Below, piece after piece: positions 58,892 through 64,000 of a DNA stretch of 64,000 nt. The DNA lies in the IMG/VR virus record IMGVR_UViG_2875535316_000001, positions 30,697-94,696 of that record; one strand, 5' to 3'. How positions within the stretch are numbered: the stretch's first letter is position 1; every line of letters begins with the position of its first letter. Below the pieces are notes generated by a model. It was not told where the DNA came from and ran no database searches. It saw nothing but the letters and a program-made list of their open reading frames with translations. Source of the DNA: a virus. Lineage: Duplodnaviria > Caudoviricetes. The position numbers were made by a program, and so were the translations under genes.

Positions 58892-60036
58892 AGCGAGAAC
58901 CTCACAGGCTGAGGGCCTGGGCGAGCGGCCAGCAGGCCGGCCAGCCCTGGGGGAATCGCCTTGCGCTTGGGTTCTGCAGGGGCGTCGTCAGTTGCAGCGG
59001 GCTCCGTTGGCGCACGAGCCGCCGCCAGTCTCATGAGTGCCTCCAGGCCGATGCCCGGGCTCTTGTCGAAAGCTGGCTGTTGCGGCTCTGGCTCAGGTAC
59101 GGCGGGCGCAGGCGCTGGTACCGCTTCGGCAGCTGCTTTGGCTTCCTGGAAGCGGGCCTTCTTCTCGGCCCGGGTAGCGTAGGCCTCGCAGTTGGTCAGC
59201 AGCGCGCTGACGGGGTGCAGGGCGTCCACCAGATGCTTGGCCGTCTCGTGCTTGACGTAGTACGTCGCGATCATGGGCGCCAGGTCGCCGACGCGATCGG
59301 CGATCTGGCACATTTGCGAGAGCAGGCGCTTGTTACACAGCGGCCAGGCCTTGTGCTTGGCACGGTAGGCACGGGCATAGGCATGCCACGGGGCATAACT
59401 CTTTGCGTCAGGACTCTGGGGGTAGTTGCTTGGCTCCCCCTCCTGTGGGCTGTGTGCTTTGGATCTTGCGCCAGCAGGCGCCTTCACCCCGACCGATCCG
59501 CCGGCAGGCCGGGGGTCGTCGTAAGAAACTGCTTTTTCAATCTGTAATGAACTTTCAGTACTGTCTAATGTTTCCGGCTTTTCCGTAAACGGTGCTGCCG
59601 TAACGGGCGAATCCGTGTGTGGTGCGACCGTTTCCGGCAAATCCGTAAACGGTTGAACAGTGGCTTGCTTGCCACCGGCGCCGGGCTTCGCTTCGAGGCT
59701 GGCCACGTATGCCGCTGCCTGCACCAGGTCGGGCACCTCGGAGACTTCGTACTCCACCCCGCGGAAGTTGCCGCCTTCGCGGACGAACTCCTGATACATG
59801 TAGCCGGCGGCGCGCAGCTCGTTGATCAGCTTGTACACCTTGTCACGGCCTGACCGCCCGCCGATCGCGTCCTGGGTCTGGTTGATCAGGTACTTGAGAT
59901 TGACCCGCCAGTTGTCCGGCTTGCTCAGGAGGTGCACCAGCAACCCGCGCGCAGCCCACGACAGCCGTTGATCTTCGATGATCGAGGCCGGGAGCATGTA
60001 GAAATTGCTTTTCCGTGCAGCGCGAATGATGCTCAT
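58888..60036 (-). CDS. Phage-type replication initiator (N-terminal wHTH)
   Basis: F......I.D.RLSW.ARGLL..LLS.PD.W...L...GRD.V...INEL..AGY; internal 30-bp repeats. Confidence 0.75.
   Translation of the reverse strand: MSIIRAARKSNFYMLPASIIEDQRLSWAARGLLVHLLSKPDNWRVNLKYLINQTQDAIGGRSGRDKVYKLINELRAAGYMYQEFVREGGNFRGVEYEVSEVPDLVQAAAYVASLEAKPGAGGKQATVQPFTDLPETVAPHTDSPVTAAPFTEKPETLDSTESSLQIEKAVSYDDPRPAGGSVGVKAPAGARSKAHSPQEGEPSNYPQSPDAKSYAPWHAYARAYRAKHKAWPLCNKRLLSQMCQIADRVGDLAPMIATYYVKHETAKHLVDALHPVSALLTNCEAYATRAEKKARFQEAKAAAEAVPAPAPAVPEPEPQQPAFDKSPGIGLEALMRLAAARAPTEPAATDDAPAEPKRKAIPPGLAGLLAARPGPQPVRFSL
59520..59653. repeat. In-gene iteron-like repeats plus AT-rich tract (putative lytic origin)
   Basis: GTTTCCGGCnnnTCCGTAAACGGT at 59570 and 59630, degenerate copy at 59600. 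Confidence 0.55.
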
Positions 60037-60191
60037 CGAGCACCTCCTTGTGAGTTGGGTGCTGTGAGCAGGGCGAAAGGTGAAACGCAGGCGCTAGCGC
60101 AGCCGGATGGCTGTGTTTGAGGGCGCGGGAATGTGACGCAAAGGCGCGAACGTGTTAACGCGCGTACGCATGTGGTGTGGTACAATCGGGC

Positions 60192-60378
60192 TACTGACAC
60201 GATGGACCCCCGGTACCGGGTAGGCACGGATGGCCTTGAGATCCAGGGGCTATGGGTTTTCCATAGCGGTGTGAGTAGCGCCTTAGCTTTTCGCGAGCTA
60301 ATTCGCTGTATGAAATTGATTTCATATGTTGTAGGAAAAGAACCCTGAGCCTTGGTCGGTGAGTGGGTTCTTTTTTTT
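60192..60378 (+). ncRNA. Candidate structured small RNA (or 48-aa mini-gene transcript)
   Basis: TGgTACAAT extended -10 at 60178-60186, several hairpins, terminator ending in T8. Confidence 0.4.
60336..60378 (+). terminator. Intrinsic (probably bidirectional) terminator
   Basis: AAAAGAACCC...GGGTTCTTTTTTTT. Confidence 0.7.
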
Positions 60379-60488
60379 GCCTCCATTTCAGTACCTTGTG
60401 CCCAGAGGCGCAGGGTGTGATCCAATCTGGCGGCCTGTATACCACAGGGCCCGGCGGGCCGTCTAAGTCATTTTGTCCGCGTACAGTG

Positions 60489-60965
60489 CTAAGCCTTTGG
60501 TTGTTTTTTCGGCACCAGATGCGCCACAGCCCGCAAATACAGGGCTTTCGACAGCCCCCGCTCACCCGACGGAGCGCCAGAAATAATTGCCATCTTGCTG
60601 GCCGTCTTGAACTTGGGCGACAGGTCGTAAAAGCGCAGTTTCGTCGCCAGACGGGTACCGCGGGCGATCGAGCAACGCAGCTCCCGTTCAGGGTAATCCT
60701 GGTCAAACCACCCGAAAGGCAGTCCCAGAATGTCCTCAAGCCGGCGGCTCAGTCGCTCCGGGATACCGCTGCGCGCATTAACCGCCACGGCCATCTGGTT
60801 GGCGAACTTGACCTGATCCTGTTCGCTGTATGCGCTCAGGGCGCGGATGCGCACCCCGTCAAATCGCAGGTCGACGTACAGGATGAAGCGTTGGCGCCGG
60901 GCCGCCTGGGCGGCGTCTACGGCTTCCTCAACGGTCCTGCACCCCTCAAATATCTCGATGTTCAT
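60489..60965 (-). CDS. Putative repressor-like DNA-binding protein
   Basis: SRRLEDILGLPFGWFD resembles the end of phage repressor HTH domains; flanked by TATCCGCGTACA sites. Confidence 0.55.
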   Translation of the reverse strand: MNIEIFEGCRTVEEAVDAAQAARRQRFILYVDLRFDGVRIRALSAYSEQDQVKFANQMAVAVNARSGIPERLSRRLEDILGLPFGWFDQDYPERELRCSIARGTRLATKLRFYDLSPKFKTASKMAIISGAPSGERGLSKALYLRAVAHLVPKKQPKA

Positions 60966-61065
60966 GCAGTTCTTATCGGTGGCTGTCTTGATAGCTTGAT
61001 CTTACAGCACTGATAAACAAATCGCTGTTTTTTGCGGGAAAACCCCATTATCGTATGCCGCGCAA

Positions 61066-61099
61066 TGTACGCGGATACAATTTGACGTGTACGCGGATA
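61066..61099. promoter_or_regulatory. Tandem operators TGTACGCGGATA between the repressor-like gene and ssb
   Basis: Exact copies at 61066 and 61088 (22-bp spacing) around TTGACG. Confidence 0.7.
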
Positions 61100-61117
61100 G
61101 TCTAAGAGGGGGCCCAG

Positions 61118-61645
61118 ATGGCTCGCGGCGTAAACAAAGTGATCCTGGTAGGGACGTGCGGGCAAGATCCCGAGACGCGCTACCTGCCCAATGGCAACGC
61201 AGTAACCAATCTCAGCCTGGCTACCAGCGAGCAGTGGACCGACAAGCAGTCGGGCCAGAAGGTCGAGCGTACCGAGTGGCACCGTGTGTCGCTGTTCGGC
61301 AAGGTAGCCGAAATCGCCGGCGAATATCTGCGCAAAGGTTCGCAGTGCTACATCGAAGGCAAGCTGCAGACCCGCGAGTGGGAAAAGGACGGTATCAAGC
61401 GCTACACCACTGAAATCATCGTCGACATGACCGGCACCATGCAGTTGCTGGGCGGCCGGCCACAGGAAGGCGGCCAGCAGTCACCCCGCCCTCACCCGCA
61501 GGACAGCGCAGCACGCCAGGCGCCACCGCGCCGGCAGCAGAGCCAGCACCCAGCCCAGAATCAGCAAGGCGCACCTGGCCCAGACGACGATCCATTTGCA
61601 GACGACATACCGTTTGCCCCGCTTCACCACCTGGTGGGGGCCTGA
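61118..61645 (+). CDS. ssb: Single-stranded DNA-binding protein
   Basis: [25 protein letters not shown]. Confidence 0.97.
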   Translation: MARGVNKVILVGTCGQDPETRYLPNGNAVTNLSLATSEQWTDKQSGQKVERTEWHRVSLFGKVAEIAGEYLRKGSQCYIEGKLQTREWEKDGIKRYTTEIIVDMTGTMQLLGGRPQEGGQQSPRPHPQDSAARQAPPRRQQSQHPAQNQQGAPGPDDDPFADDIPFAPLHHLVGA

Positions 61646-61648
61646 TCC

Positions 61649-61831
61649 GTGCCCCATCCAATCCAGTACCTGGGCCACCCCCTGCACACCGTAAACGCCA
61701 AGGCTGAGCTGCGCCGTCAGCTGGAAGAGGCCGTGGCCAACTTCGGCCCGGTACCGCCGGCGCCAGAGTTCCAGATCAAGCCCACCCCCGCGCAAGAGCG
61801 CGTCATCCGCTACGGCCTCCACAAGAGATAA
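61649..61831 (+). CDS. Small hypothetical protein
   Basis: 60 aa filling the ssb-rdgC gap. Confidence 0.5.
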   Translation: MPHPIQYLGHPLHTVNAKAELRRQLEEAVANFGPVPPAPEFQIKPTPAQERVIRYGLHKR

Positions 61832-61834
61832 GCC

Positions 61835-62755
61835 ATGTTCTTCAAAAACCTGCTGACCTATCGTCTGACCCAAGACATTCCACTCGAGCCTGAGGCGCTG
61901 CAAGCCGCGCTGGCGTCCAAGCCCGCCCGCCCTTGCGCCAGCCAGGAACTGAGCACCTATGGTTTCATTGCCCCGTTCGGCAAGGGTGAGGACGCGCCCC
62001 TGGTGCACGTCAATGGCGACTTCCTGCTGATCGCCGCCCGCAAAGAAGACCGCATCCTGCCGGGCACCGTGGTCACCGAAGCGGTCAAGGAAAAGGTCGA
62101 GGAAATCGAGGCCGAGCAGATGCGCAAGGTCTACAAGAAAGAGCGCGACCAGATCAAAGACGAGATTATCCAGGCCTTCCTGCCGCGTGCGTTCATCCGC
62201 CGCTCGGTGATCTTCGCTGCGATCGACACCCGCCAGGGTCTGATCCTGGTCAACACTGCCAGCCCCGGCCGCGCCGAAGACCTGCTGTCGACCCTGCGCG
62301 AAGTGCTGGGCTCGCTGCCCGTACGCCCGGCAACCGTCAAGATCGCGCCAATGGCCACCATGACCGACTGGCTCAAGCGCCAGCAGCCGGCAGAACATTT
62401 CACCGTGCTGGACACCTGCGAGCTGCGCGACACTCACGAGGATGGCGGTACCGTGCGCTGCACCCGCCAGGACCTGACCGGCGACGAAACCCAACTGCAC
62501 CTGGCCACCGGCAAGGTCTGCACCCGCCTGGCGCTGGCCTACAAGGACCAGCTGACCTTCGTCCTCGATGACAGCCTGAGCATTTCCCGGGTGCGCTTCG
62601 ATGACCTGCTGACTGAGCAGGCCGAGCAGGATGGCGGCGACGAGGCCGCGGGCCAGTTCGATGCGAGTTTCGCGCTGATGATGCTGACCTTCCGCAGCTT
62701 CCTGGCTGACCTGTTCGTCTCGCTGGGCGGCGAAGAAGTGCCGCAGGCGCTGTAA
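61835..62755 (+). CDS. rdgC: Recombination-associated protein RdgC
   Basis: [11 protein letters not shown]...[20 protein letters not shown]. Confidence 0.95.
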   Translation: MFFKNLLTYRLTQDIPLEPEALQAALASKPARPCASQELSTYGFIAPFGKGEDAPLVHVNGDFLLIAARKEDRILPGTVVTEAVKEKVEEIEAEQMRKVYKKERDQIKDEIIQAFLPRAFIRRSVIFAAIDTRQGLILVNTASPGRAEDLLSTLREVLGSLPVRPATVKIAPMATMTDWLKRQQPAEHFTVLDTCELRDTHEDGGTVRCTRQDLTGDETQLHLATGKVCTRLALAYKDQLTFVLDDSLSISRVRFDDLLTEQAEQDGGDEAAGQFDASFALMMLTFRSFLADLFVSLGGEEVPQAL

Positions 62756-62771
62756 GCCCAAATTCCAGGCG

Positions 62772-62808
62772 AAAAAAAGCCGCGGCTCCCTAAGGATCGC
62801 GGCCTTTC
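62772..62808. terminator. Hairpin terminator after rdgC
   Basis: A7-GCCGCG...CGCGGC-CTTT. Confidence 0.55.
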
Positions 62809-62877
62809 TCCACAAAAATCAGCCAGATATTTGTGCCTCGCATTATATGCCCCTGCATTCGATTATCAAGGGAACCC

Positions 62878-63171
62878 ATGAAAATCATCTTTGACGGCAC
62901 GCATGTGCGCCACGTTGGCGACAAAGGCCCGCGCGGCAAGTTGCGGGCTCAGCTGCCGAACAAGCGCGTGGCCTGGACTGCCGTGGTGCAGCTCAAGGAC
63001 GGAGCCGGCAACGCAACGGAGGCCAACTGGTCGACCCAGCCTGGCCAGAGCATGAACTACCTGGAAGCCAAGGCGGCGATGTTTGCTGTGGTGGATGAAC
63101 TGCAGCGGGTATTCATCGAGACGTACAATCTGGGCCCCGACTCGGTGCACTTCACCATGGTGAGCCGCTGA
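62878..63171 (+). CDS. Hypothetical protein
   Basis: Start MKIIFDG; TGATG-coupled to next ORF. Confidence 0.55.
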   Translation: MKIIFDGTHVRHVGDKGPRGKLRAQLPNKRVAWTAVVQLKDGAGNATEANWSTQPGQSMNYLEAKAAMFAVVDELQRVFIETYNLGPDSVHFTMVSR

Positions 63172-63653
63172 TGCGCGCGCCCCAGGACACCAGCACCCTC
63201 CGTTTCAACCTGCAGAAGCTCGCCCTGCCCCCGGCGATCGGCGCCCAAGCGCTGGGCGGCGCGGTAGACCTGGTGGTGATGCCTTGCCGGCCGCAACCGG
63301 ACATTGACCAGGAATGGGCCAGCATGGCCGGCATTACACCAGGTGATGACGTGGCGCTGATCCAGGCAATTCAATCTGCCTTGGCCGGCGGGATGATCAC
63401 CACGCCTATCTGCCTCGGCCACGCCTTCGAGCTGGGCCAGGCATTGCCGGCGCAGAAATACGCCCGTCTCGGTACCGCCCTAGTGCGCCAGATCGGCGTC
63501 ACGCGCGCCCACCAGCTGACTGACGCCCAGTTGCGCGCCAGCGGCCACGGCACGGCCGACGATTTTGCCGAATATTGGGCCAGCGCAGTGCCCGATATCC
63601 CAGCTGCCACCAATCCCTGGTGCTGGCTCATTCGATTTGAACTCAAGGGGTAA
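63171..63653 (+). CDS. Divergent ASCH-like phage protein
   Basis: LT...L.A.G...F...W...NPWCWLIRF. Confidence 0.55.
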   Translation: MRAPQDTSTLRFNLQKLALPPAIGAQALGGAVDLVVMPCRPQPDIDQEWASMAGITPGDDVALIQAIQSALAGGMITTPICLGHAFELGQALPAQKYARLGTALVRQIGVTRAHQLTDAQLRASGHGTADDFAEYWASAVPDIPAATNPWCWLIRFELKG

Positions 63654-63658
63654 ACAAT

Positions 63659-64000
63659 ATGCACACATTGCCACTACTGGTTGTGATCGGCACGCTGATC
63701 TACCTCTATCGTTATTACAACCCGCTCAACCATGCCAATCCGCACTTGTACAAGTTTCATAAGCGCGTGCGAGTGTGCCTCGGCGTGCTGGTTGTATGTA
63801 CGGCGATGGCGCTGGCTTACCGCGTTCCCGTCGATTTCGTGGGCTTCGTGCGCGGAGTGCAGGCCAACCAGGTCCAGCAAGCGCTAAAACGTCAGGAAGC
63901 GCGCCAGGCGTCAGAAATCAAACACATACGTCAGATGATTGACGTTTTGGGCGGGCCGGACAACTATTTGGCGCACCAGAAGGCAGCGCAATCACGGTGA
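63659..64000 (+). CDS. Small two-TM membrane protein
   Basis: 113 aa, two hydrophobic segments. Confidence 0.55.
   Translation: MHTLPLLVVIGTLIYLYRYYNPLNHANPHLYKFHKRVRVCLGVLVVCTAMALAYRVPVDFVGFVRGVQANQVQQALKRQEARQASEIKHIRQMIDVLGGPDNYLAHQKAAQSR

Noticed and set aside
60069-60145. Resemblance to a c-di-GMP-I riboswitch (GGGCGAAAG...GACGCAAAG)
   Set aside because: P2/P3 pairing could not be built by eye, and it lies upstream of the apparent plus-strand promoter
60033-60425. 130-aa minus-strand ORF upstream of the replication gene
   Set aside because: Crosses a terminator, hairpins and a promoter; atypical composition

Overview
This window is part of a GC-rich, Pseudomonas-type, P1-like phage-plasmid, mostly encoded on the minus strand. 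It carries tail fibre and baseplate genes, a tape-measure-like protein with a GH19 lysozyme domain, a head protease, a portal, a PacB-like TerL and a TerS. It has a plasmid RepA with a 21-bp-phased iteron origin and a second, phage-type replication protein with internal repeats. Other genes include Ref, a C5 methyltransferase, an SNF2 helicase, ndpA, ssb, rdgC and many small early genes. A complete 10,120-bp Tn3-family mercury transposon (3121-13240; TSD ATCAC; tnpR, RHH/PIN toxin-antitoxin pair, tnpA, merRTPCA-orf-DE) has split the baseplate-J gene, probably making the phage defective. The most notable observations are five. (1) An apparently catalytically dead paralogue of the TerL ATPase domain lies just upstream of terL. 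(2) A six-copy promoter architecture, GCAAA-N30-(-10), precedes the late operons. (3) Three further dispersed cis motifs outline a regulatory cascade: a TATCCGCGTACA operator, an AACGCGCGTT palindromic operator and an AATCAGCCAGA leader. (4) A structured small transcript lies next to the lytic replication gene. (5) A second MerR-type promoter drives a small secreted protein. All family assignments come from motif recognition by eye, not database searches.
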